Below are positions 10,302-19,830 of a stretch of 64,000 nt of DNA, piece by piece. Numbering within the stretch: the stretch's first letter is position 1; each line of letters begins with the position of its first letter. Location of the stretch: positions 1,920,001 to 1,984,000 of the forward strand of contig OZ223209.1 of the NCBI GenBank assembly GCA_965140415.1. Reading direction: 5' to 3'. Below the pieces are notes generated by a model, which was not told where the DNA came from, made no database searches, and saw only the letters and a list, made by a program, of their open reading frames with translations. The stretch comes from Myxococcota bacterium (GTDB lineage: Bacteria; Myxococcota_A; SURF-8). Position numbers and translations under genes: made by a program.

Positions 10302-13300
10302 CTACTGCACATTCAACCATTCACCGTTCTGTCTCCAGAGGTTGAACTGGTACACGTCTCCGGCATGTTCGACAACTCGACTTGAGCCGGTAACGGTGAA
10401 GGTAGGATACTGCGAATCGCCGGCAAAGACACGGAAGGTCAAGTCGGCTGCGATGTCTTCGCATACATACTCGTCTACACAATCTTCGCAGTCGTTGCAG
10501 CAGATACGCAACACCAGGCAGAAGGGCTTACAGTCACAATCGCAGATTTCGCAGTCATCGTAGAACCAGCGGCAATCTCGCACGTAGCCGCAATCTTGCA
10601 GCGGTGTGATGAATTTGGCGGCTACTCCGTACATGCCGTCGCAGGGATTGTCGTGCTCAACGACTTCCGGAGCGATACCGTTGGAACTACTCTGTGTAAA
10701 TTGAGGAATGCCGCATGTACCCCAGTTGGGCATGGGATTGGCCGCGTTGCAGTCGGCATTGGTATCGATATAGCCTCCCGGTTTGAGGAAGTGCAGGTCC
10801 ACGTCGCCCTGGCCGCTCCAGACCATTTCAATTTTGAGAGCTTCATCCTTGAACACTTCGATAGTCACTTCTTCCTGCAAATCCACATTCGGATCGGACA
10901 GGTTACCTTCGTTGTCCACAACGATCAGGCTGACGTAGTAAGTTCCTGTTTGTGTGAAGGTATAGCTTGAGCTTGGGGAAGAACCGACGGCGAAGTTGGC
11001 CGATTGTCCGCCGAGTTCCTGCACGTACCAGCGATACTCGCTGATAGTGCCGTCTGGATCGCTGGACAGGCTGCCGTCGAAACAGGCCGTCGTACCCGCT
11101 TCCACGCGCATACTGGTAGAGAAATTGGGATCGTCGCAGAGCTTGGCGTAGGCTTTGGCCGTGGGAGCCTGCTGCACGAGCACCGTTAGCTGCGAATCGA
11201 GATCCACGGTAGAGGACCAGGCATTGCGCGTATCACGTACGCGCAGTTGAATTTTGTACTCACCGGTGTAGTCGAAGCGTGCCGAAACCAGACCGGCCTC
11301 TTGGGCGGTGCCTTCCGTTACCGCCGAAGTAAAGGTCACTTTGTCGGTATCGTCTACGGTCCATTCGAACCAGGTCAGGCTGTCTTCGGCCACCGCGGTT
11401 TCCGGGTCATCGTCCGGGTCGTAGCTGGACCAGCCGTCCAGGTTGATTTCCTCACCCAGGTTGACCACGATCTGGCGGGTGCCGTTTTGACCTGATGGTA
11501 CTCCCGGAGGCGATTTGACGATGGCCACCGGGTCCGTATTGCCGCTGGAAGAACCGGAGAAGCGATAGTACCAGATCGGGTAATCATCGCCTGCGTCACT
11601 GCCAAGGCAGGCGGCGTCTTTATCGTTGTGGTGAATGTCCAACGTGCGGCTGTCGTTGCCGTCGGCGCTGGGTTTATAGAAGACGGTCACGGTGATCCAG
11701 TCGCCGTTATTAAGTTCGTAACCGGTTTCGGGCCACTCATCCATGGGCGGCTGGATACCGCCTTCCGGGATGTAGATGTCTTCATCGATGGCGAAACCCA
11801 TGTCGATATCGGTGATGCGCACCGGCCCTGTGCCGTTATTGGTCAGTGTCACCAATGTTGAAAGGGGTTCCATATCCGGCATGTAGGTCACGTTCAGCCA
11901 GCGAGCGGCACAGCCGACCGGGGTGATCGTGGCGCTGGTGCTAGTGGCGGTCACGTTCAACTGCGGTGAAATGGCGTTACCAACCAGGCAGATTTCGTGC
12001 GGAGTCAGGGTTGAGTCGTTGCAACTGAAATCGGAGCCGGAGGCATTACTGGCATTACTGCACACGATGATATAGGCGTTGTCTTCGCCGTAGGAGTCGG
12101 GAATGTAACTGACATCGATGCCGAAAGTACCACCTGGCGGAATGGGAGTGGGCAATGGCGGATGCACGATCTTGAATTCGTCGCCGAAGAACGCCGGCAA
12201 CTTGATTTCACCGATGTTCAGTGTGTCCGAGCCGGGATTCGTCAATAGAATCTGCTTGTGCTCGATCCAGCCCCCTTCTTCCAACTCTTCACCGGTCATA
12301 TCGGCGGGAGGTACCTGCACGTCGTTCCAGGTTACGCATTCCGTTGGACCCTGGATCTGTGGCACGATGGCAGTGGCAAAGAGCGGAATCACCGTTTCCT
12401 CGCAATCGCCATCGCGCGGAATGATGTGCAACTCGCCCTGGAAATTACCCTGGCTGGTGGCCAGGAAAAAGACATTGATATTCAGTGCGTCGGAACGAGG
12501 GAGAATCTCCTGCGGTAAACTAAGCGTATTGTCCAGCGAGAAGTTCAGACTGCCGGTGATGTAGGCGTCATCGATGTGCAGCGTTGCCTGTCCCGGGTTT
12601 TTCACGATTACGGTCATCATTTTCTGCGAGCCGACTTGAACGCTGCCGAAGTTCAGATCCAGAGGAGAAATCTGGCAGTCGGGCATGGTGCCGGTGCAGG
12701 TCAGCGGAACCGGCATCAGGTTGTTGTCGAAGGCCAGGTCATTGCTGCGAATGTCCAGGAAATTACTGTAACTTTCTTCGCCTCTGGGACAACATAGAAC
12801 TTCGATGGCGATGGCTTCGTCTTCGGGGTTACATAAACCCGGAGACACTACGTCTGGAATATTCTCTGTTCCGTCGATATCCGGGTCGAGATCCAGGCGG
12901 AAAACATCCGTTTCCGGGTCGGTAACATTGCGTAATACGGCGCTATCTACCTGTAAATCCGCACCGCCACGATTGCAGATCAGCGTGGTCACGCTTTTAC
13001 AGTCGTTTGCGGATACGCTTCCGAAGTTGATCGGCGATGGCTGCACCACCATCTGCGGCACCACACCGATTCCATAGAACGTGACCCGCAAGGGATTCTC
13101 GATATCATCGCGGTCGTCATTATGTGTGATCAACAGTGTGGCTGTATGCTCATCCTGATTGCGGGGCTGATAGACCATCGTAATGGTCTCCGTTTCGCCC
13201 GGAGAGAGCCAGACCTGGTTACCGTTGCCGTTCCAGTCGATACTTTGCTGGTCGATTTCGTAGTTTTCATTCAACGAATCTTCCAGGCGAATGGATGTGA

Positions 13301-14216
13301 TAATCAGAGATTTGGTGTCCGAATCGTTCTGGCGTTCATTGCTGATATTCACCTGCATCAGTTGCGCCTCACCAACCGGCGTCAGACCATACAGGCAGGC
13401 ATCGGCATATTGATCGGGTGGAACCAGGGTCGGATCATCGTCGCATTCGACTTTGATGACCGCGTCACCCTTTTCCTGGCTGCGCAGGGGAATGTATTTT
13501 ACTCCGGCATTGGAGCCGATCAGCAGAATAGCGCAATCCAGACCAGGATTGTCGGGAGCATAGTCGACGGTGATATGGTGTGAATCTTCCGGGGCCAGTT
13601 CTTTTACGTTGTTTGTGCTGGAATAGCCTTCGCGAATCGAAAACTCCGACGTATCGCCGCGCTCTGTACAGTCGGGCCAGTCTGGGAAATCGTCTCTGGC
13701 CTGGTAGGGGATAATGTCGGTGGCGTTGATTTCCAGAATGTCAACTCCGGCGTTAAAGACGGAAATTTCTTTCGAAACCAAATGTTGACGAGGCACTGCA
13801 CCGAAATCGACCTGTGACGGATCGACGCCCAGCACGGGACTCTCGGTGTTTTTATCACCGTCCGTTATATTGTTGTCACCATCGGTGATGCTGTCTTCAT
13901 CGCCGTCCACCGGACAGACGCAACGATTGATCTGGCAGTAGCAACCTGCGCCCAGATCGGCGCAATCGACGCTGCTATCGCACATCGGTACCGCGCAGTA
14001 TTTGCCTTCGCCGGTATCCACGCAAACGCGGCCAGTGCCGCAGTCGTCATCCGTGCTGCATATCCCACCGATGTCGACGTAATTTTCCAATTCGATATCG
14101 ACATCGCCATCTCCCGGATCGGAGCTGCTGCCGTCGCTGGAGCAGGCGGTGAACAGAAGAAGGAGGGAGGCAATTACCATCATCCAGCCAACACCTGCGC
14201 GATTGATCCATTGCAT
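10302..14216 (-). CDS. Giant lipoprotein: DGD linker, Cys-rich module, multiple choice-of-anchor-D (ASH-like) Ig domains, two PKD domains, C-terminal YfaP-like domain
   Basis: Lipobox LFTA-C; repeated 'DFG.V' and 'N.G...L.I' Ig signatures; PKD motifs (LDGWSSYDPD, FDGSLSSDPDGTISEYRW); DVDLHFLKPG. Start 14216 has a GAGG RBS (alternatives 14237, 14303). Confidence 0.75.
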   Translation of the reverse strand: MQWINRAGVGWMMVIASLLLLFTACSSDGSSSDPGDGDVDIELENYVDIGGICSTDDDCGTGRVCVDTGEGKYCAVPMCDSSVDCADLGAGCYCQINRCVCPVDGDEDSITDGDNNITDGDKNTESPVLGVDPSQVDFGAVPRQHLVSKEISVFNAGVDILEINATDIIPYQARDDFPDWPDCTERGDTSEFSIREGYSSTNNVKELAPEDSHHITVDYAPDNPGLDCAILLIGSNAGVKYIPLRSQEKGDAVIKVECDDDPTLVPPDQYADACLYGLTPVGEAQLMQVNISNERQNDSDTKSLIITSIRLEDSLNENYEIDQQSIDWNGNGNQVWLSPGETETITMVYQPRNQDEHTATLLITHNDDRDDIENPLRVTFYGIGVVPQMVVQPSPINFGSVSANDCKSVTTLICNRGGADLQVDSAVLRNVTDPETDVFRLDLDPDIDGTENIPDVVSPGLCNPEDEAIAIEVLCCPRGEESYSNFLDIRSNDLAFDNNLMPVPLTCTGTMPDCQISPLDLNFGSVQVGSQKMMTVIVKNPGQATLHIDDAYITGSLNFSLDNTLSLPQEILPRSDALNINVFFLATSQGNFQGELHIIPRDGDCEETVIPLFATAIVPQIQGPTECVTWNDVQVPPADMTGEELEEGGWIEHKQILLTNPGSDTLNIGEIKLPAFFGDEFKIVHPPLPTPIPPGGTFGIDVSYIPDSYGEDNAYIIVCSNASNASGSDFSCNDSTLTPHEICLVGNAISPQLNVTATSTSATITPVGCAARWLNVTYMPDMEPLSTLVTLTNNGTGPVRITDIDMGFAIDEDIYIPEGGIQPPMDEWPETGYELNNGDWITVTVFYKPSADGNDSRTLDIHHNDKDAACLGSDAGDDYPIWYYRFSGSSSGNTDPVAIVKSPPGVPSGQNGTRQIVVNLGEEINLDGWSSYDPDDDPETAVAEDSLTWFEWTVDDTDKVTFTSAVTEGTAQEAGLVSARFDYTGEYKIQLRVRDTRNAWSSTVDLDSQLTVLVQQAPTAKAYAKLCDDPNFSTSMRVEAGTTACFDGSLSSDPDGTISEYRWYVQELGGQSANFAVGSSPSSSYTFTQTGTYYVSLIVVDNEGNLSDPNVDLQEEVTIEVFKDEALKIEMVWSGQGDVDLHFLKPGGYIDTNADCNAANPMPNWGTCGIPQFTQSSSNGIAPEVVEHDNPCDGMYGVAAKFITPLQDCGYVRDCRWFYDDCEICDCDCKPFCLVLRICCNDCEDCVDEYVCEDIAADLTFRVFAGDSQYPTFTVTGSSRVVEHAGDVYQFNLWRQNGEWLNVQ

Positions 14217-14303
14217 CGATACTGTCCTCGTTTTCATGTTAAACCCCGTATTGCCGCCGATAAACAGAAGGCGGCCCGCTGGCTGCAAATCATAATTCGT
14301 CAC

Positions 14304-17300
14304 TTACATCTCCGGGTAAACATCGGCTTTGAAGCCGTCTTCTCCGTCGTAGCCGTACACGGCATCCCCAGGGGAGCCACCAAAACCGGGACGACCCAGG
14401 CTAAAGGTGTTCTCGCCGTCCATGGTGGGCTGCGAGGTTCCAGCGCGATAGATGCCGATGCACAGACCGCCTGCACCGCCGCCACCCGAGCCGCCGTCGC
14501 CGCCCCAGCCGCCATTGCCGCCCGGACCGCCGGCTTTGCCTTCGTCGTAGCCTTCGCCGCCGGGAGCGCCATCGCCGCCGCGACCGCCTTCGCCGCCCTG
14601 GCGACCGTTGCCGCCATTGCCGCCGTTATCGGTGTTGAATTCGCAACTGATGATAAAGGGTGAACTGTCGTAGAGGAACAGCGCGAAGGAGGAACCGCCG
14701 CCTTCGCCGCCGCCGCCGCCGGTGCCGCCGCAACCGCCGCCACCGCCGCCGCCGCCGGTGCCGCCCCAGTCTTCACAGGTCAACGTGGAGTGGCTGGAGC
14801 CGCCACCGCCGCCGCCACCGCCGCCGCCGCCGTTACCGCCGGCGCTGCCGTGCTGGCCGTCGTTCGGTTCCCACAGACCTTCGGTCAGGTAGCCTTCGTT
14901 TGTACCACCTTCTCCTTGTGCTCCGTTGTAGCCGTCGGAGCCGCTTTGCCCCTGTGAGCCGTAGCTTCCGGTATGTCCGGGACCGCCTTCCGCGCCGCCG
15001 ACACCGCTGCCGCCGGTATATCCCGCGCAGGAACTGCCGCCCGTTTTGCAGGAATAGCCGCCATTGCCGCCGGTCGCATCGCAGTTGGAACGACCACCTA
15101 CGCCGACGTTGGGACGTCCTTCCTTGTTGCAGTAGAAGGTGCTGTCGTCTTCGCGTCCGCTCTGACCGCTGGTGCCGCTGTAGCCGACTTCACCGTTTTC
15201 TCCGCCGTTGAAGGCGTAGGCTCCCTCGCGCCCTGCACCGGCGAAAACACGTACATTTTCAAGTACAAGGCCGTTGCTGCTGCGCGAGTAGATCCCGTAG
15301 CTGCTCTTGTTGCTGTCGGAGCCGTTATCGGCGTAAATCGTGACGAATTGCAGCGTGGTGGGATGCATCAGCAGGTTGGCGTCGAGTCCGACCTGACCAC
15401 CCTGGAAAATGCTGGTATGCGTGATGGCGCGTTTCCAGCCGAGCGGTGCTTCGTTCAACTCACCTGAAGTGACCAATTGGCGATATCCGCCGTAAACACT
15501 AATGGTATCCAGCAGTTGCACGCGCTCGAAGTAGGTGCCTTCGGAAACGTATACGTGGATTTTGCCGGAGTTGATGGCGCTGAACACGCCGGTATTGACG
15601 TTACGGAAGGGATTGTCCATGCTGCCGTCGCCGGTCTCGTCGCTGCCGGATTGGCTGACGAAGATGGCGCGTTCGATCATGCCGTCGATGCCGTCGCAGT
15701 TGCTGTCTTTAAAGTCCATATCCGGCTCGTCCCAGCTATCTTCGTAGTCGCACTGATACTCACAGCCGGGAACGTCGGGCGACAGATCGTACCAGCCTTC
15801 CTCGCATTCGCTAGCGATTCCGAAGACTTCCACGAAGTGGGTCAGATCGTGGGTGCTGGAAGACTTGGCCGGGATGCGAATAATGGATTTATGCTGGATG
15901 CTGTCGCTGGTGCCATGTTCGGTCGGTTCGTAATTCAACGTCAACCGGATGCGTTGATCCCCCGCCAGTGCAATACACCCTGTAAAATCTTCCGTGCCGT
16001 TATCACAACCGCTGGGCAATACCTGTCCGGCGTCGGGATTGGTGATGGAGAAGGTGCCATCCGGTGTGCTGGTGTCGTTTTGCATGTCGATGCAGCAAAC
16101 GTAAGCGGATGTACCCGCCGGACCGCAGTTGTAGATTTCAAAATCCTTGGGAGTGGCGCTCGCTCCGCCGGAACCGGAACCGAAACGAACCACACCGAAA
16201 TCGATGGGCGTTGTGGGTTGGGTGCAGATGGTTGCACCGACACCGGTACCGGCTAGTGGAATCTGGAAAATGTTGTTTCCCGGCGCATTCGATAGAATTT
16301 CCAGGTAAGCCTGTTCGCTACCCTGCCGGTTGGGAAGATAGCTGACTTTGACCTGGATACAGTCGTTGCCGTCGATGGCATCTTCCGCTGTAGGCAGCGT
16401 AATGGGGAGCGTGGCGTCCATGACCTGGTAAATAAAGGCCAGCGCCTCGGGAGGTTCGATACCCACTTCCTCGATGTTCAATTCATAGCCGCCGCAGTTG
16501 CAGACTTCCACATACTCGCTGGCGCGGGTATCCAGGGCGACTTCACCAAAGAGCACCGGGTAGGGGGTGGCGCAGATGCGCGGCTGTACACCTTCGCAAA
16601 TGACATCGATTTCAAATAAGGGATTATTACTGTCGTTGGTTTCGAAGATCAACGTGTTGGTGTGTTCTCCCTCGCGGATCGGGTGACAAGTGATCGGCAG
16701 ATCGGTCTGTTGACCCGGCGCAAGCAAAATTTCACCTTGATCGTTCAAGACACTGTCTTCGATTTCGAAATTCAGATCCTCGGGCGCGTCGAAGCGGAAG
16801 TTTCTCGCGATCATGGTTTTGTTGTCGCTGTCGCCCACACGCCGGTTTTCGATCGTCACCGGCAATGTGCGGAAACTCTCCAGCCGAACCCGTTCGAAGT
16901 CCAGTGGGCTGGGCGGTTCGGGCGTGGTGTAGGCGTGGACTTCACCTTTTTCTCGGGAAACGAGATCGACGTAGAAGCGCGAAATCGGTTCGCCGGTAAC
17001 GATGACTTCCATCGAACCGGTGTCTGCCCCAGGATTATTGGGAGTATAGTGAACCAGCACTTTCCAACTGGAGCCGACCGGCAGGCAGACGGACTGTCCG
17101 TCTTCCAGCACATCTTCCTCGTCGATGTAAAATTCTGCGAATTCTTCCGTATTTTGATCCAGCGCGTAGATGAGGCAGGCTTCGCGCGTAGGTCCGATGT
17201 TTTCGAAAGTGATTTCGCATTCACCGGTCATGCCGAATGCTACCGAACCGAAATCGCAGGGATTGGTGTAAATGACCTGTGGATCGGCGGGCTGCTCCGA

Positions 17301-17786
17301 AATTTCAATGTCTTTGTCGCCATCGACGACTACTGCATCCGTGTCACCGTCGGTGCCATCCAGGTCGCCATCTGTTTCGTTACGCGGGACACACTCGCCA
17401 GTGGTATGGTCACAGACGTAATGCTCGACGTAAATGCAATCCGCATCGGTTTCACAGAATTTCGGACAGGAAGCGTCGTTGCAAAAATCTTCCGGCAGGC
17501 AGTAGCCTTCCGAAAAATCCGATCCCGGCGGTGCGAAGTTGACACAGCGCATGTTCGGTTCGAGGCAGTCGCCCACCATGACGCAGGGAGCGGCGCAGAT
17601 CGGGTCCAGGAAACCGTCTTCCGGTCCGATGCAGGCTTCGCCTGGTCCGCAGGTATCGCAGACATCTCCGGTGATGTCGCCATCGGTATCACCGTCCGTG
17701 CTGGCGGAGTCACCGCCACTGCATCCGGTTAGCACGAGCATGAAGACGATCAGGAAAAGTACTCCCCATTTCTTTACTGCGTACAT
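14304..17786 (-). CDS. Giant lipoprotein: DGD linker, choice-of-anchor-D domains, DUF1565-like beta-helix, Gly-rich C-terminus
   Basis: Lipobox LTG-C, AGGGAG RBS before ATG 17786; DSNCDGIDG..AIFVSQSGSDETGDGSMDNPF..VYVSEGTY (DUF1565-like); long GGxGG tracts. Confidence 0.75.
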   Translation of the reverse strand: MYAVKKWGVLFLIVFMLVLTGCSGGDSASTDGDTDGDITGDVCDTCGPGEACIGPEDGFLDPICAAPCVMVGDCLEPNMRCVNFAPPGSDFSEGYCLPEDFCNDASCPKFCETDADCIYVEHYVCDHTTGECVPRNETDGDLDGTDGDTDAVVVDGDKDIEISEQPADPQVIYTNPCDFGSVAFGMTGECEITFENIGPTREACLIYALDQNTEEFAEFYIDEEDVLEDGQSVCLPVGSSWKVLVHYTPNNPGADTGSMEVIVTGEPISRFYVDLVSREKGEVHAYTTPEPPSPLDFERVRLESFRTLPVTIENRRVGDSDNKTMIARNFRFDAPEDLNFEIEDSVLNDQGEILLAPGQQTDLPITCHPIREGEHTNTLIFETNDSNNPLFEIDVICEGVQPRICATPYPVLFGEVALDTRASEYVEVCNCGGYELNIEEVGIEPPEALAFIYQVMDATLPITLPTAEDAIDGNDCIQVKVSYLPNRQGSEQAYLEILSNAPGNNIFQIPLAGTGVGATICTQPTTPIDFGVVRFGSGSGGASATPKDFEIYNCGPAGTSAYVCCIDMQNDTSTPDGTFSITNPDAGQVLPSGCDNGTEDFTGCIALAGDQRIRLTLNYEPTEHGTSDSIQHKSIIRIPAKSSSTHDLTHFVEVFGIASECEEGWYDLSPDVPGCEYQCDYEDSWDEPDMDFKDSNCDGIDGMIERAIFVSQSGSDETGDGSMDNPFRNVNTGVFSAINSGKIHVYVSEGTYFERVQLLDTISVYGGYRQLVTSGELNEAPLGWKRAITHTSIFQGGQVGLDANLLMHPTTLQFVTIYADNGSDSNKSSYGIYSRSSNGLVLENVRVFAGAGREGAYAFNGGENGEVGYSGTSGQSGREDDSTFYCNKEGRPNVGVGGRSNCDATGGNGGYSCKTGGSSCAGYTGGSGVGGAEGGPGHTGSYGSQGQSGSDGYNGAQGEGGTNEGYLTEGLWEPNDGQHGSAGGNGGGGGGGGGGGSSHSTLTCEDWGGTGGGGGGGGCGGTGGGGGEGGGSSFALFLYDSSPFIISCEFNTDNGGNGGNGRQGGEGGRGGDGAPGGEGYDEGKAGGPGGNGGWGGDGGSGGGGAGGLCIGIYRAGTSQPTMDGENTFSLGRPGFGGSPGDAVYGYDGEDGFKADVYPEM

Positions 17787-17912
17787 TGGGCAAACTCCCT
17801 TAGGCTGTGGTTCAGCATCGCAGGTCATAAACGACAATTATCCGTTGGTTAAATCTGTTTCCTTCAGGTGATGGTCGCGTCGTGGCTTTCGCGTACACAA
17901 ATACCTTCTAGT

Positions 17913-17942
17913 ACTATATTCCAGATATGGGGCTTTCGTCAA
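17913..17942 (-). promoter_or_regulatory. Putative sigma70 promoter of the lipoprotein pair
   Basis: Minus strand TTGACG-N18-TATAGT. Confidence 0.5.
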
Positions 17943-17971
17943 CGTGATTTTGCCTGTTTCGGCAGGATTTA

Positions 17972-17993
17972 TTAGTGAACGAAAATTCACTAA
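17972..17993. promoter_or_regulatory. Perfect 8-6-8 palindrome, candidate transcription-factor site
   Basis: TTAGTGAA-CGAAAA-TTCACTAA, 30 bp upstream of the -35 box. Confidence 0.45.
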
Positions 17994-18055
17994 GTGACTG
18001 AAAGAATTGGAGGAATGATACCGTTTCTCCTCCAGTAGTCCGTAGCCATTCTGTT

Positions 18056-18850
18056 TTATTTTCGATAAGAAGAAAGCAACTCGGGCAGAGCGTTCAGCAG
18101 ATGCACCGGTTTGAAGCCGAATTCCTGCTTGATGCGGTCAATGGCAATGCGTGGAAAACGCTGGCTACAGGCATCCGGGTCGACATCGAAACCGATGCCC
18201 AGTTGTGCGGCCAGGGCTTTTAACAGTTCGGCATGGGTCGTATTGCGACCGCTGGCGATGTTGTAAATGCGCCTCTTGCCTTCCAACGAGATGCGCGGCA
18301 ACAGGGCAACCACATCTTCAATGGAAACATAGTCTTTTTCCGAATCCAGCGCACTGCGCAGGCGGATGCGCTTCTTCGTCAAGGCTTCGGTGACAATCGA
18401 ATGCAAAAACGTGTCACTGCTGGGATGATAGCCGAAGACATTGGACAGCCTCACCACGCGCACCTGTTCCTTGGCCGCCATGCACAAGGATTCTCCCATC
18501 AGCTTGGAAATATTGTACAAATCCTCGTCGATGGCCGGTGTAACCTGCAATGTGGCGCGCTCGTCTCCATTGTTTCCGCTGCTATAAACCCGTGTGGAAG
18601 ACAGATACAGCAGCGAGTCGAAATGAGCTTCTACCAGGATGCGGCGCAATTCGCAGACATGCGCCTGCACCGTATCGAACGGTCGCCGTCGAAAATCGGA
18701 AGTGACGCCGATACAGTAGAACACGTGACCCAGTTCACGGTCAGTCAGGCTTTCGTTACGCTCGGGACAGTAGACTTCTTCTCCTGCCTGTTTCAAGCTT
18801 TCAGCCAACCTGGAGCCGATAAACCCCTTTGCACCCAATACGGTGAACAT
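18056..18850 (-). CDS. NAD-dependent epimerase/dehydratase
   Basis: GAKGFIG, LSSTRVY, YNISK (YxxxK), VRLSNVFG, KDYVSIEDV, YNIASG. Confidence 0.88.
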   Translation of the reverse strand: MFTVLGAKGFIGSRLAESLKQAGEEVYCPERNESLTDRELGHVFYCIGVTSDFRRRPFDTVQAHVCELRRILVEAHFDSLLYLSSTRVYSSGNNGDERATLQVTPAIDEDLYNISKLMGESLCMAAKEQVRVVRLSNVFGYHPSSDTFLHSIVTEALTKKRIRLRSALDSEKDYVSIEDVVALLPRISLEGKRRIYNIASGRNTTHAELLKALAAQLGIGFDVDPDACSQRFPRIAIDRIKQEFGFKPVHLLNALPELLSSYRK

Positions 18851-19335
18851 CAGTTTCGTTCCCCTTTGACGGTTGCCGGTCGGCCATGGCTGATGGAATA
18901 GGGCGGGAGTTCCCCGACGACCAGTGAATGCGCACCAACCACCGCGCCCTGTCGAATGCGCGCACCATCCAAAATAACGCAGTTGGCGCCGATCCAGACA
19001 TCGTCTTCTATCACGATGCCGCCTTTGGATGGCAAAAAGCCTTGTTCTACAATCAGCCTGTTTTTATAGCGGAAATCGTGGTTCGTGGGTGCCAGGGTGC
19101 AGTTGGCGGCTATGGCAACATGTTTTCCGATGCGGACACCGTTGCCGGTATACATCACGGTTCCGGAATTGATATAGCTGTGTTCGCCAATTACCAGATC
19201 TCCCGAGCCACCCGCCGGTTTGATTTTGACAAAGGAGTCGATCATGACGTCCTCTCCGATATCGATGCGGCTGCCTCGAACCGACTCTTCGATGTCGGCA
19301 AGTTCGGAAATTCTAGCGCTTTTGGCAATACGCAT
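18850..19335 (-). CDS. Hexapeptide-repeat acyltransferase (sugar O-/N-acyltransferase)
   Basis: Left-handed beta-helix hexapeptides, IVIEDDVWIGANCVILDG; stop overlaps the next start. Confidence 0.88.
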   Translation of the reverse strand: MRIAKSARISELADIEESVRGSRIDIGEDVMIDSFVKIKPAGGSGDLVIGEHSYINSGTVMYTGNGVRIGKHVAIAANCTLAPTNHDFRYKNRLIVEQGFLPSKGGIVIEDDVWIGANCVILDGARIRQGAVVGAHSLVVGELPPYSISHGRPATVKGERN

Positions 19336-19576
19336 GGCGTTTTTCTCCCGGCGAAATCTATCAGCTTCGGATGTTTTGACTATGTACGCGGTGTAAAGGG
19401 AAAAGTCAAGCAGGCAAGGTGCGGATGATTAAAAAAACAAAGCAATCCTGCGCACATTGGAGTTGCATGGAGTGACATGGAGCTTCATTTTCGACTGGTG
19501 CTGAAATTCTGCGCTTACACAAACATGACTTATCCAAGCTTCATGAGCCAACAACTTCTTTTCACCCGATTAATCG

Positions 19577-19605
19577 TTGACAGTCTCTGGGGCATTGCCT
19601 ATCCT
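19577..19605 (+). promoter_or_regulatory. Putative sigma70 promoter of the Cys-rich lipoprotein gene
   Basis: TTGACA-N17-TATCCT. Confidence 0.55.
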
Positions 19606-19830
19606 GAAGAAAGCAGCTGCGGGCCACGCCACACGAGGAACATCATCTTTCATCGTTACCCGGCAAGGTAGATAGGCCGGAAATTGGTCCTGGTTTCGCT
19701 ATTGTCTTGCCTTAAATGGATTGCCGGTAGAACACCCGCTCAGTCGTTTTTCCTACTTATTCGATCTGATGGGGCCACCGGTAACGAACGTCTGTTTCTT
19801 TTTACGGTGCTTGAAAAGCGGAGTTACGTC

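Noticed and set aside
14300-15211. Ala-rich (14300-14776 -) and Arg-rich (14660-15211 +) ORFs and GCC triplet runs
   Set aside because: Off-frame and antisense shadows of the Gly-rich (GGC codon) tail of the 14304-17786 lipoprotein.
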